Source: a virus | Taxonomy: Duplodnaviria > Caudoviricetes | Strand: one strand, 5' to 3' | DNA: 64,000 nucleotides | IMG/VR virus record: IMGVR_UViG_3300027867_000005 | Span: 506-64,505 of that record | Part shown: piece by piece, positions 18,408-27,080 of the stretch | Numbering within the stretch: the first letter of the stretch is position 1 | How the letters are laid out: each line of letters opens with the position of its first letter | Made by a program: the position numbers and the translations under genes | The notes under the pieces: generated by a model | What the model saw: only the letters and a program-made list of their open reading frames with translations | Told to the model about the DNA's origin: nothing | Databases searched by the model: none

Positions 18408-19252
18408 GCTCTGACCCTCGTGCGGCTGTCCTCGAAAATCTCAACGCCATCCAGCTTGCGGCCCCCGGCTTTGATAAAGCTGCGCACCGCCGCCTCAAGC
18501 GCGTCGTGCGGCAGATGCGACCGCAGCGCTTCAAGATCGAGCGCCGCCCTGTCGAGCGCGCGGAACGTCCAGAACCGCGTTAGGCTCGACGTGGCTCCCA
18601 AATCGGAGCGAGTACGGCTAAGATCGGCCAGCGGCGCCGCTGCGGCCTTCTCGATGCGGCTAGCATCGGCTTCCGCCTGGCGAGCGGCTGTATCGCGGTC
18701 TATCGCCGCCTGCAGGTCTTTCTCCGTCTGCGCGACCCTCTCAGCTTGCTCGGCCTCGCGCCGGCGCCGTTCGGCTTCTTCCCGCTCGATCTTGGCCGCT
18801 TCCTCTCGTGCCCGGCGCTCGGCATCGGCCTTGGCGCGCTGGTAGAGCGTCATGCGGGTCTCGACGATCTCGCGCGCCTGACCGGCGCGGTCGCGTCCCT
18901 TGGGCGTCCCGAGCTTGTCGACGAGCGCGCCGAAATAGCCATCGACTGCGCGCGACGCCGCCAAGAATGGCGACTTGCGCGCCTCCCTTTCCGCCTCGAT
19001 GGCCTTCAATAGCTTGGTGATCATGCCGACGTAATCGGTCGCTTTCTTGTTCCATTCCTCGTCTTCGATCACTGCAGGGATACGATCCAGCGCAGCAAGC
19101 AGCTCGTCTCTGCGGACGATATACGGCTCTGCCCCCTCGGCAAGATACGCGATCAGCGCTTCCGGCTCGATCTGGACATGGCCGTGCTCATCGAGCCAAA
19201 TCCAATTGAGACCGTGCGAAGAGGCTACGAGATCGTTTTCTATTCCATCCAT
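18404..19252 (-). CDS. Coiled-coil phage protein of the recombination module
   Basis: Long charged helix; C-terminal GGRKLDGVEIFE motif; start taken at MDGIEN. Confidence 0.65.
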   Translation of the reverse strand: MDGIENDLVASSHGLNWIWLDEHGHVQIEPEALIAYLAEGAEPYIVRRDELLAALDRIPAVIEDEEWNKKATDYVGMITKLLKAIEAEREARKSPFLAASRAVDGYFGALVDKLGTPKGRDRAGQAREIVETRMTLYQRAKADAERRAREEAAKIEREEAERRRREAEQAERVAQTEKDLQAAIDRDTAARQAEADASRIEKAAAAPLADLSRTRSDLGATSSLTRFWTFRALDRAALDLEALRSHLPHDALEAAVRSFIKAGGRKLDGVEIFEDSRTRVRA

Positions 19253-19689
19253 GATACGCACCCCTCGGTTTCGCATTTCCCATGGATATGCCCGTTGTAA
19301 GCCGAGATAGAAAGATGCAGGCGTCCCTTGCATGCCGGACACTCGACAATCTCGCTGGCCGATCGGCCTTTATGAGCTTTTCGCCACTCGGCAATTCCGG
19401 TTTGCACTGTGGCCATCTTGCTCATCCGGGCATTAATCCATTTTTCATGGGCCTCGATTTCCTCGGGCGTGGGCAAGCGCAGATTTTCGCAATGAACTGC
19501 GCCCGGTTTTGATTTCCCATCCTTGGTGAGAAAACGCGGCCTAATATCGAACCTGTGATCGCGAAAGAGACTGTATTTCACGCCCGCTTCGCATGTATCC
19601 GCCGGATCGCCGAGCCGAATATTCCCATTGTAGCGGTAGTGAATGCACCAGCCGGGAGCATAGCCCGGATCACCCTTGCGCTTCGACAT
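19240..19689 (-). CDS. Cys-rich (Zn-ribbon) hypothetical protein
   Basis: CPACKG...HIHGKCETEGC. Confidence 0.65.
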   Translation of the reverse strand: MSKRKGDPGYAPGWCIHYRYNGNIRLGDPADTCEAGVKYSLFRDHRFDIRPRFLTKDGKSKPGAVHCENLRLPTPEEIEAHEKWINARMSKMATVQTGIAEWRKAHKGRSASEIVECPACKGRLHLSISAYNGHIHGKCETEGCVSWME

Positions 19690-19690
19690 C

Positions 19691-19927
19691 TCACACTTTC
19701 CTGTAAGGATATTTCGCCGGGTCGCTGCGGATGTGCTTGCCGAAGTGCGAGCCGATGCTTTTCGCGGACATCAACGCGGCATGATCCTCGGCGCTCACAT
19801 TGTCATAATGGTAGACTGCCCCGACAGTCTCGTCTTTTCGCGGATGAAATTCGACTGCGAGCGTCTTGGTCGCGATCTCATAGCCGATCCGGCTGATTTG
19901 GCTCGATGATACCTGCTTCATGCGCAT
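19691..19927 (-). CDS. KTSC domain protein
   Basis: VSSSQISRIGY...LAVEF...YHYDNV...AKSIGSHF; GGAGG RBS. Confidence 0.9.
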   Translation of the reverse strand: MRMKQVSSSQISRIGYEIATKTLAVEFHPRKDETVGAVYHYDNVSAEDHAALMSAKSIGSHFGKHIRSDPAKYPYRKV

Positions 19928-19946
19928 GGGGGTTACCTCCTGTTTT

Positions 19947-20351
19947 TCAGAACGGCAATGCGGCTTGCAGCCAGTCCACCGGCTTGTGCGGCTGTGCCTG
20001 GGCCTCGTCGGGCGCATAGCGCTGCGCATATTTCAGGTCAGCAACCCGGAAGGCATACTCGCTCTCGGTAATCGGCGTGGCCTTCATCAGAAGCCGGCGC
20101 ACGTCATCAATCCCGACGATCTCGCCCGCTATGAATGCCGCAAGAAATGGGCTGCGCGTGCCCCTCATGTCGTTCTCAGGCTCGCCGGGTTCACTCGCCG
20201 TTTCAATCCGCATGATCGCGACAGGAACAAGCGGCCCTCTGTTGACCAGCGCAACGGCCCAGAACCCGACGCTGGGCGTTTCTCTTTCGCAGTCAAGGAT
20301 CGATTGCTCCTTGGCCTGGCGCCATAGCGCTGCCCAATTAATTTCCGGCAT
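19947..20351 (-). CDS. Hypothetical protein
   Basis: Part of a coupled leftward operon; RGPLVPVAI motif. Confidence 0.6.
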   Translation of the reverse strand: MPEINWAALWRQAKEQSILDCERETPSVGFWAVALVNRGPLVPVAIMRIETASEPGEPENDMRGTRSPFLAAFIAGEIVGIDDVRRLLMKATPITESEYAFRVADLKYAQRYAPDEAQAQPHKPVDWLQAALPF

Positions 20352-20529
20352 TTTCCTTGACCGCTTTCAGCGTCTCAAGAACCGACTTCATGCAGGCGAT
20401 CTCGTGCTCGGCTTTCTCCTGCGTCATCCGTCGATCGGCAACCCAACGCGGATAGACGCGCAGCCGCATGGCGATCTCACGCTCGACGCTGGCGATCTGC
20501 TCGTCGATGCTTGGTGGGATGAGATTCAT
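20338..20529 (-). CDS. Conserved small phage protein
   Basis: QIASVEREIAMRLRVYPRWV...EIACMKSV. Confidence 0.7.
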   Translation of the reverse strand: MNLIPPSIDEQIASVEREIAMRLRVYPRWVADRRMTQEKAEHEIACMKSVLETLKAVKENAGN

Positions 20530-20942
20530 TCTTCGGCTGCCATCGGCACGGGCGGTGTCGCCCCGCTTCGAATGAATCCGCCATCAACGCCCAACACCTT
20601 ATCCCCGAGCTTCAGGATCGCAGCTTGCACCTGAGCGGGCCGTGTCCCGCCGATCATCTCAGCCAATGCCTCTATCGTCTGAGGCATGCCGCTCAGCCGG
20701 TAATAGACTTCCTCGGCGATGTTGCGCCGCGGTGCGCGGGCGGATTTCTGTGTCGGACCGAGGTTGGTGGGAGACAGCGGCTCACGGGGAGGATCGGCTT
20801 CGGTCATCGCAGCGACGGCGGCGTCATGCGCGGCAAGAGCCGCACGCGCAATGTCGAATTCCTTTGCCCACCGCTCGACTTCGGCCGCCGCATGTTCTCT
20901 CGATGCGACCAATTCGGCACGCAATTCGGTGGTGTCAGTCAT
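20526..20942 (-). CDS. Hypothetical protein, possible C-terminal winged HTH
   Basis: Coupled ORF; coiled coil followed by a TIEALAEMIG segment. Confidence 0.55.
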   Translation of the reverse strand: MTDTTELRAELVASREHAAAEVERWAKEFDIARAALAAHDAAVAAMTEADPPREPLSPTNLGPTQKSARAPRRNIAEEVYYRLSGMPQTIEALAEMIGGTRPAQVQAAILKLGDKVLGVDGGFIRSGATPPVPMAAEE

Positions 20943-21178
20943 CAGCTTTTGTCTCCGTTAAAAAAAGAGTTTTTATCGCGGCAAACTCCTACCATGTAGG
21001 TTTCGAGCGCCGCGCCGACGATCATGCCGAACGCTGCCGACATAAGCGCCAGCACTACGATAAGCGCTATCTGGTTACGCGTGAACTTACGATGACGACA
21101 CGGCGTCTCGCGCACGCGGAGACCGACATTCGCTCGGCCGGCGCGGGTGAAGCGGCCATGCTCGTCCCGCGGGGTCAT
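20942..21178 (-). CDS. Small membrane protein
   Basis: PRDEHGRF motif and one TM helix. Confidence 0.55.
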   Translation of the reverse strand: MTPRDEHGRFTRAGRANVGLRVRETPCRHRKFTRNQIALIVVLALMSAAFGMIVGAALETYMVGVCRDKNSFFNGDKS

Positions 21179-21387
21179 TGTTTCAGCGTCGTAAGCGCGG
21201 CTGCGACACCGGCGAGATAGGCGCGGGAAAGATTAAAAGCATATTCCTCAGCCTCGTCTTGACTGTGAAAGGTAGTAATAGCAATCTGACCAGGCCCCAC
21301 GATATGGTACCGGTGGTAGCCACAGCCGCAATCGTCGATTTCGACAGTGTACGGCAGCTTCGTGGTATCTAGCGTGCCCTCAGCCAT
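21175..21387 (-). CDS. Hypothetical protein
   Basis: Start MAEGTLD preceded by AAGGAG. Confidence 0.55.
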   Translation of the reverse strand: MAEGTLDTTKLPYTVEIDDCGCGYHRYHIVGPGQIAITTFHSQDEAEEYAFNLSRAYLAGVAAALTTLKQ

Positions 21388-21547
21388 TGACTTGCTCCTT
21401 CGCCGCGATCTCATCCTCGATCCTGACAATGAGCTGCGCAAGCTTGGGTCTGCCAGGATCATTCAGCGACATCGTCTTCAGCATCGCTATCAACGCATCG
21501 CGCCGCTTCTCGAGGCTCAATGTCGGGGTCTCTAGGTATTTCGTCAT
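21380..21547 (-). CDS. 55-aa protein, first gene of the leftward operon (not in the ORF track)
   Basis: Hand translation MTKYLETPTLSLEKRRDALIAMLKTMSLNDPGRPKLAQLIVRIEDEIAAKEQVNG; overlaps the next start. Confidence 0.5.
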   Translation of the reverse strand: MTKYLETPTLSLEKRRDALIAMLKTMSLNDPGRPKLAQLIVRIEDEIAAKEQVNG

Positions 21548-21597
21548 ACCTCAACACTTACGACATTGCGGATGTTCGCGCAACTGATATTTGTCCG

Positions 21598-21626
21598 TTG
21601 CAACCGAAATTATTTTCTGGCATCGT
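21598..21626 (+). promoter_or_regulatory. Putative sigma70 promoter giving a near-leaderless cro-like transcript
   Basis: TTGCAA-N17-CATCGT, ending 8 nt before ATG 21635; no SD sequence. Confidence 0.45.
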
Positions 21627-21634
21627 TCCGCGCC

Positions 21635-21856
21635 ATGAGAAAAGATCGCTCGGACGTGCTGAAGCGCGTCATCTCCGCAGCCGGCGGGATCGGCAAGATC
21701 GCCACTCACATCGGCATCAGACAAAACGTCGTTTCGATGTGGAGCCGGGTGCCTCCAAAGCACGCGGTGGCCGTTGCGAAGCTCACCGGCATTCCTCTGC
21801 ATGAGCTGCGCCCGGACATCTTCCCAGCACCACAGCAAGGACAAGGCAATGCCTGA
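21635..21856 (+). CDS. Cro/YdaS-like HTH transcriptional regulator
   Basis: GGIGKIATHIGIRQNVVSMWSRVP...HELRPDIF. Confidence 0.85.
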   Translation: MRKDRSDVLKRVISAAGGIGKIATHIGIRQNVVSMWSRVPPKHAVAVAKLTGIPLHELRPDIFPAPQQGQGNA

Positions 21857-22604
21857 CGGATCGACGACGGCCAACAGCACCTACAGCCGGGCGCAACTGC
21901 TCGAAGTCGTCGACAAGCTCGAGGAACAAGGCCAAGCGCTCGTCGAAGCAAAGAAAACCGTCTCGTCGCTGGCGCGCTCGCTGCGCGTCTTCCGCGACCA
22001 AACGGTAAAATCGCTCGGCATCCCGCTCGACATACTCGACGAGGCAATCCGCGACGCGAAAATGTCCGGGACCGAGCGTCAGCGGCGATACGAGCATAAG
22101 GCCCGCATGATGGCGTTTCTGGACAAGCCGATCGGGTTCCAGGGATCATTCATCATGCCCGAGGAAACCGACGAGGATCGCGCTGCGTTCGCCGTGCATA
22201 ATCTCAAGGCGATCGACGTTGCTGGCTATGCGGCCGGGAAAGTCGGGCATGATCGGCACGGGAGCAACACCTATTCGCCGGGTACGGAAGAACACGTCAG
22301 GTTCGATAATGCCTGGCTCCGCGGCGATGGCGAGAAGCCGGCCAATCCGCCTGCGCCCCCGGAACTGAAGCGCGGGCCGGGGCGTCCGCGAAAGACTGCG
22401 GTGCCCGTCACCACAAATGGTGCCGCAGGCGAGCCGACGATGAGCATCGATGACATGGCGCGGCGGGACGGACGCCTTGATGCCTCCGAAGGCCACGACA
22501 ACCATGCCGGCCTGTACCCCCAGGGGAATGAAGGTCACAGTTCGTACCTTCTTGGCCGCGCTGAGATCGACCGGGCGCGGCAGGGCGAACACGGGACTGC
22601 TTAG
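21849..22604 (+). CDS. GapR(DUF2312)-like protein with Rmf-like motifs and an AT-hook
   Basis: KSLGIPLDILDEAIRDAKMSGTER resembles GapR; GYAAG...NTY...WLRG motif; KRGPGRPRK. Confidence 0.55.
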   Translation: MPDGSTTANSTYSRAQLLEVVDKLEEQGQALVEAKKTVSSLARSLRVFRDQTVKSLGIPLDILDEAIRDAKMSGTERQRRYEHKARMMAFLDKPIGFQGSFIMPEETDEDRAAFAVHNLKAIDVAGYAAGKVGHDRHGSNTYSPGTEEHVRFDNAWLRGDGEKPANPPAPPELKRGPGRPRKTAVPVTTNGAAGEPTMSIDDMARRDGRLDASEGHDNHAGLYPQGNEGHSSYLLGRAEIDRARQGEHGTA

Positions 22605-23093
22605 GTGCAAATCGTCATAGAGCTGCCAGGTCCGGTTCGCGGCAAGGGCGCAGGCCGTGCCTTCGTCGTGCGCGGACCTGGCCAAAGTGGTGGCCTGAGA
22701 GCGGCCATCTTCACGGACAGCAAGACGCGATCCTACGAAGCGCAGCTAAAGATGCTCGCAAGGGATGCAATGAACGGCCAGCCACCGACCGAGGAGTCGG
22801 TGATCGTCACGATCGAGGCGCGGTTTGCGGTTCCGAAGTCATGGTCAAAGCGCGATCGAGCGGCTGCGCTCGCCGGTCATATCTGGCCGACGACCAAGCC
22901 CGACACAAACAATATCAGCAAAACTTTAGACGGGCTCAACGAGATCGTCTGGCGCGACGACAGCCAGATTGGCGAGGAGCGTGTCATCAAGCGGTATAGC
23001 GAGCATCCTGGCCTCACGATCATCGTGGAGACGCGGGATCAGCAGCGGTCGGTTGCGGCCGCCCCGCAGGTGTTGCCGCTATTTGGTGGCTGA
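22605..23093 (+). CDS. rusA: RusA-family Holliday junction resolvase
   Basis: KPDTNNISKTLDGLNEIVWRDDSQI. Confidence 0.9.
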   Translation: MQIVIELPGPVRGKGAGRAFVVRGPGQSGGLRAAIFTDSKTRSYEAQLKMLARDAMNGQPPTEESVIVTIEARFAVPKSWSKRDRAAALAGHIWPTTKPDTNNISKTLDGLNEIVWRDDSQIGEERVIKRYSEHPGLTIIVETRDQQRSVAAAPQVLPLFGG

Positions 23094-23096
23094 GTT

Positions 23097-23172
23097 TGGT
23101 AGACCCGGCAGGATTCAAACCTGCGCCCTCCGGCTGCGGATGCCGGCGCTCTATTCACTGAGCTACGGGCCT
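23097..23172 (-). tRNA. tRNA-Arg(CCG), atypical
   Basis: Full 76-nt cloverleaf: AGGCCCG/CGGGTCT acceptor, CCGGC-ATCCGCA-GCCGG anticodon arm, GCAGG-TTTGAAT-CCTGC T arm, encoded CCA. Confidence 0.85.
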
Positions 23173-23179
23173 ATCATAT

Positions 23180-23253
23180 TGGTCGGGGCGGCAGGAGTTG
23201 AACCTGCGGCCTTCTGTTCCAACACAGACGCTCTATCACTGAGCTACGCCCCT
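23180..23253 (-). tRNA. tRNA-Pro(TGG)-like with a 6-nt anticodon loop (possibly a pseudo-tRNA)
   Basis: 74-nt cloverleaf with CCA; G72/A73 Pro identity; arm TCTGT-GTTGGA-ACAGA; A1-G72 mismatch. Confidence 0.7.
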
Positions 23254-23260
23254 CACAAAC

Positions 23261-24856
23261 TCAATCCCAACGATCGATGTTGTAGCGGTTCCACGCGCCA
23301 TTTAAGAACGCGCGCAAGGTACAATTTGGTACAGAACGAGACAAATCCAATCCCGAAGCAAGCTGACAGTCTGCAGGCCCAATCGATGCTCGCTTGGAAT
23401 AAGCCTCAATGGTCGCGCGTATCGGAAATAGGTCACCGCGCAAACACTCAGGGAACAGCGCGTTTCCCTGATCAGTACCGCTATCGCAGGCATTTTCCAG
23501 AACCAACAGCAGACGATCGCCAGATAGGTAATGTGCTTCGTCATTTTCTTGCTGGCTCGGATCATTGACGATGGCAACGACCGGAACCCAGCCACCCGAA
23601 GGCAACCCCCAACGAGATGCCAGAGAACCATTGTGGTAGACGTATCCACTGATCGGATTGTTCCATTTAAAGATCAGAGGGGCATCGGCGTGCTGCGCGG
23701 TCAATAATGCACGGTAATTACCGCGTGCCGGCGCCAATACCTCAATCCGTTCGGCATTGGGTAGGACTGCGCGAGAGAACTTCTCCCATGTCATTGTAAT
23801 GGCAGGAAGATCAACAACCGGGATCGGCTCGCGTCCTTTGGCCACTATGTGTCCGAACACTCCATGGGTCTGCGCAGCGTTAACTGGAGCGCACGAAAGC
23901 CAGATTGCCGGCACTTCATCGAGACGCGCGAAACGGCGCTCCAGAGAACGCGCGATCCCGAGCTTCTCGACGATTGCCTCGGCCGCTTTGATGTTGCCCG
24001 GAGTGGGCGCGCTCTGCGGACGCTGGTAGCGTAGCCCGTGCGTCATCTCGTCGAATTTTGCCTTGATAGCCTCGAACGGCAAACCGGCCTCGATCGCTTC
24101 GAGCAACGGCGCCGCAACCGAAGTGCGAGGATGGCAGAACCCCTCCGGTGCTGTGGCGATGGCGCGCCACAGCAAATTTTCTCCCTTGCGCCCCTTTGGA
24201 TGCCCGTATAGAGCGCGCAACCACTTGATTGGTCCGGAGAACTTTTCAGCGCCGCGCAAAGCCTCGGCATCGAACAGCCTTATGAGCTGGTCAAGAGCCG
24301 CTGGCTTGTAGACGGCTAACGCGCGAGCGACGGTCTCAAAATTCTCTCGCTTTGCGGCCATCGCCTGCCCGGCAGTTATGGCGCGTTCACGATAAACTAT
24401 TCCTTCCGGCGGAATTACGGCAGGATGAGACCATTCCCCTGTAAGGGGTGTTCCCCATATCCTTTCTTTCGAGAAGAACGGTGCCACAATGCGGGCTTTC
24501 TCGACGCGCGCTCGCAGCTTCGCAAATGCGTCTGCATAGAAATCAGCTACATCATCGGACGACCAAAGAGCAGAGCGCAATGTGCCATCATCGTTGGTGG
24601 TCGCAAGAAAACCGTAAGATCGAAAGAATCGAGCGCAGGCATGACAAGTATGCGTCTGCCGTTCCTGCGGCAGACTATCGAGATAAATTTCGTAGAGACC
24701 ATCGGCGTCGGTCTTGAACAACGGCCCCCTATGCCCATCGAAACTCTCGCGCACCTTCAGCAAGAGGGCAGAGTAGTCGTGTTCATGATCATGAGCGATG
24801 ATTGATGCCGCTGCTATTTTGGTTGCGGCACGGTTGCGACCTCGGTGCGTCGCCAT
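23261..24856 (-). CDS. Conserved phage protein of unknown function
   Basis: 531 aa with GGAG RBS; RQTHTCHACARF motif. Confidence 0.8.
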   Translation of the reverse strand: MATHRGRNRAATKIAAASIIAHDHEHDYSALLLKVRESFDGHRGPLFKTDADGLYEIYLDSLPQERQTHTCHACARFFRSYGFLATTNDDGTLRSALWSSDDVADFYADAFAKLRARVEKARIVAPFFSKERIWGTPLTGEWSHPAVIPPEGIVYRERAITAGQAMAAKRENFETVARALAVYKPAALDQLIRLFDAEALRGAEKFSGPIKWLRALYGHPKGRKGENLLWRAIATAPEGFCHPRTSVAAPLLEAIEAGLPFEAIKAKFDEMTHGLRYQRPQSAPTPGNIKAAEAIVEKLGIARSLERRFARLDEVPAIWLSCAPVNAAQTHGVFGHIVAKGREPIPVVDLPAITMTWEKFSRAVLPNAERIEVLAPARGNYRALLTAQHADAPLIFKWNNPISGYVYHNGSLASRWGLPSGGWVPVVAIVNDPSQQENDEAHYLSGDRLLLVLENACDSGTDQGNALFPECLRGDLFPIRATIEAYSKRASIGPADCQLASGLDLSRSVPNCTLRAFLNGAWNRYNIDRWD

Positions 24857-24882
24857 TCGTCTTCTCCAAACCCCTGGGATAG

Positions 24883-24897
24883 CCCCGAGGCGCGGGC
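24883..24897 (-). repeat. Start-associated repeat GCCCGCGCCTCGGGG, copy 1
   Basis: Identical 15-mer at 31525 and 33303; each copy is about 25 nt upstream of a start codon. Confidence 0.8.
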
Positions 24898-24935
24898 AGC
24901 GGAATGGTTATCCCATCCGCAGCAGCGATGTCAAT

Positions 24936-26105
24936 TCATATCGCCATCCACGGCATTTCGTTTGGCAGCTTAATATCGCTCGGCCGGAGGATGCAATTGC
25001 CGCGGATTTCCACCTTCACGATACGGCCATCCGCGACAAGCCGCTCGACGCTGTCGGCGAGCACGAGCAAGGGCAAGTCCCGATATTCGGGCGTGCTCCG
25101 CTTGGCACGCTTCGGGAGCGAGCGATCGAGCTCGGGGTCGGCGGGGATCAGTGTTCCGTTGCCGCAGAGCCGGCGCAGCGCCGCCAGCATCCGGTAGTCC
25201 AGGTCCAGGCGCTCAGTGTGGCTCAGCGCCCTCTTGCGCTCGGGCATTTCCTCGGTGACGAAAACGCCGTCCTGCCATCGCAGCTTCGTTGCATTGAGCT
25301 TGGAGCCGTAGTTGCTCCCCATTCCGTAGAGAATGCGCACATCCTCGTCGGTGCCTGTCTCGCGGTTGTAAGTCTTCGGGCGCTCGAGCGAGATCGTGAT
25401 ACGCACCGTCGACTCCCATGCCGACGAACCGCTGTACCACCCGCCGCTACGGTTCGGGTGCGCATTGAGCAGGATGGCCCCACCCAGCGTATCGGCGAGC
25501 CAAGCCAGCTTTTCGACATAAGCCGTGACCTGGTTGCGGTTCACTTCATCGCCACCGAATGTTCGTGCGCTGGTGTCGATCGGCACCACGCGCACGCCAG
25601 TATCCTTGCAGAAATTGACCATCTGATCCCACCGCGGCGTCATCTTGGGGATCGCGCTGAACCGCTCGAACTCGCAGAGCCGCGCATTGCCGCCGTTCGC
25701 CCCGATCTGGTCGCGCGACAGCCACGACACTTCCGTCTCGAGATCGGCGTGGCTGATGTCGTAATGGCGGTTGATGTTGATCTGCCTGTGCGCAAGTGCC
25801 TGCTCGCGATCCTCGGCGAAGTATCCGAAGCTGCGAAACTGGCCGATATCCCGCCCGAGCCAGCGGCGCCCCAGCGCAGCGGCCGTCATCATGTCCTGGC
25901 ACAGAAAGGTCTTGCCGAGCTTCGTGGCGCCCGCAAATAGCGTTACCTCGCCCCTCAGCAGCACGCCAGGGACAAGCCAATCGAGCGGGGGCGGTACTTT
26001 CCCCTCGAGCGACGCGGCGTAAGTAGGGACGAACGGCGCGATCGTCGGCGCCCGCTGCTCGCGATTGAGCGGGACGACGTTGGCACCAGGACCGCGCCCT
26101 TGCAT
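24936..26105 (-). CDS. AAA_25 / RepA-like replicative helicase
   Basis: WLVPGVL...GATKLGKT Walker A, YFAED, PIDT, GGDE, YSGSSAWE. Confidence 0.85.
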   Translation of the reverse strand: MQGRGPGANVVPLNREQRAPTIAPFVPTYAASLEGKVPPPLDWLVPGVLLRGEVTLFAGATKLGKTFLCQDMMTAAALGRRWLGRDIGQFRSFGYFAEDREQALAHRQININRHYDISHADLETEVSWLSRDQIGANGGNARLCEFERFSAIPKMTPRWDQMVNFCKDTGVRVVPIDTSARTFGGDEVNRNQVTAYVEKLAWLADTLGGAILLNAHPNRSGGWYSGSSAWESTVRITISLERPKTYNRETGTDEDVRILYGMGSNYGSKLNATKLRWQDGVFVTEEMPERKRALSHTERLDLDYRMLAALRRLCGNGTLIPADPELDRSLPKRAKRSTPEYRDLPLLVLADSVERLVADGRIVKVEIRGNCILRPSDIKLPNEMPWMAI

Positions 26106-26111
26106 GACCCG

Positions 26112-27080
26112 TTACTCGGCGACAGCGGAAAAAAGATCGCCCTCTTGTCGCGGTCGTTCGGCCATGTCGAGATTAGAAATCGCCTGTCGGTAATAGGTCG
26201 GCTTCAATTCTATACCGATGCCGCGCCGTCCGGAACGAATAGCGCAATAGACCTCTGAACCAACCCCCATGAAAGGCGTGAGCACCGTCTCGCCAGGATT
26301 GCTCCACAGCACCAAAATGCGATCGATCACGTCCAATTGCAGCGGGTGAACATGCCGTTCGTCATCCTCATCTCGCGCCCTCTTAAAGGGCAGCACGCGA
26401 TCGATCCGCACATCATCCCAAAAGGCCGAGGCATATTGCCTCCAAATCCAGTGTGAAAAGCGGTTTTCGATCTGATTTCCCGTCCAGCCACGATATTTCA
26501 GAAGTTCGGCCGGCATCTGGCGCTCGCCGGCGTATTCCATCAGGCCAGTTGCATGCGTTATCGGAACCGGGTTCTGACCTTTGCGGCGGAAGACCAGAAG
26601 ATAATCGGCAGAGGCAACGCTGCATCTCGAGCTGTCCTCGACGAGCGAGCGATGAGCCAGGTTCTTCGCCATCGTCCGGTTGCGGACGGCGAGAGGCTCT
26701 TTCCACACCGCATAGCGCGCTATGAATTGCCACCCTTCCCGCTCATGCAGACGGATGATGTCTCCGGGGAAATCGATCAGGTGATCGGTTCCGGTGTTGC
26801 CGCTTGGCACATCCATGCAGTGCACGGCCGTCATACGCCCCGGCATCGTCAGCCGTGCCAGTTCATGCACAACGAAAGCGTAGTGCTCAAAAAACTGATT
26901 GTAGTCGGTGCAATTTGACAGATCTTGATCGGACGATGAATAACAAAACAACCCGCCAAACGGGGGTGAATATACACTGAGATGAATTTTCCCGTCAGGC
27001 AGGTCGCGCATCACATCAATGCAGTCCGCGTTATAAGCCGCGTATTCCTTCGTGATCTTTTGGTCGAGCACTAAAGCCAT
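26112..27080 (-). CDS. N4-C/N6-A DNA methyltransferase (beta-type order)
   Basis: SPPF catalytic motif, HPLQLD, TPFMGVGSE, GIELK. Confidence 0.92.
   Translation of the reverse strand: MALVLDQKITKEYAAYNADCIDVMRDLPDGKIHLSVYSPPFGGLFCYSSSDQDLSNCTDYNQFFEHYAFVVHELARLTMPGRMTAVHCMDVPSGNTGTDHLIDFPGDIIRLHEREGWQFIARYAVWKEPLAVRNRTMAKNLAHRSLVEDSSRCSVASADYLLVFRRKGQNPVPITHATGLMEYAGERQMPAELLKYRGWTGNQIENRFSHWIWRQYASAFWDDVRIDRVLPFKRARDEDDERHVHPLQLDVIDRILVLWSNPGETVLTPFMGVGSEVYCAIRSGRRGIGIELKPTYYRQAISNLDMAERPRQEGDLFSAVAE

Noticed and set aside
23097-23253. tRNAs as attP or prophage boundary
   Set aside because: No integrase, no duplicated tRNA 3' end and no host genes nearby.
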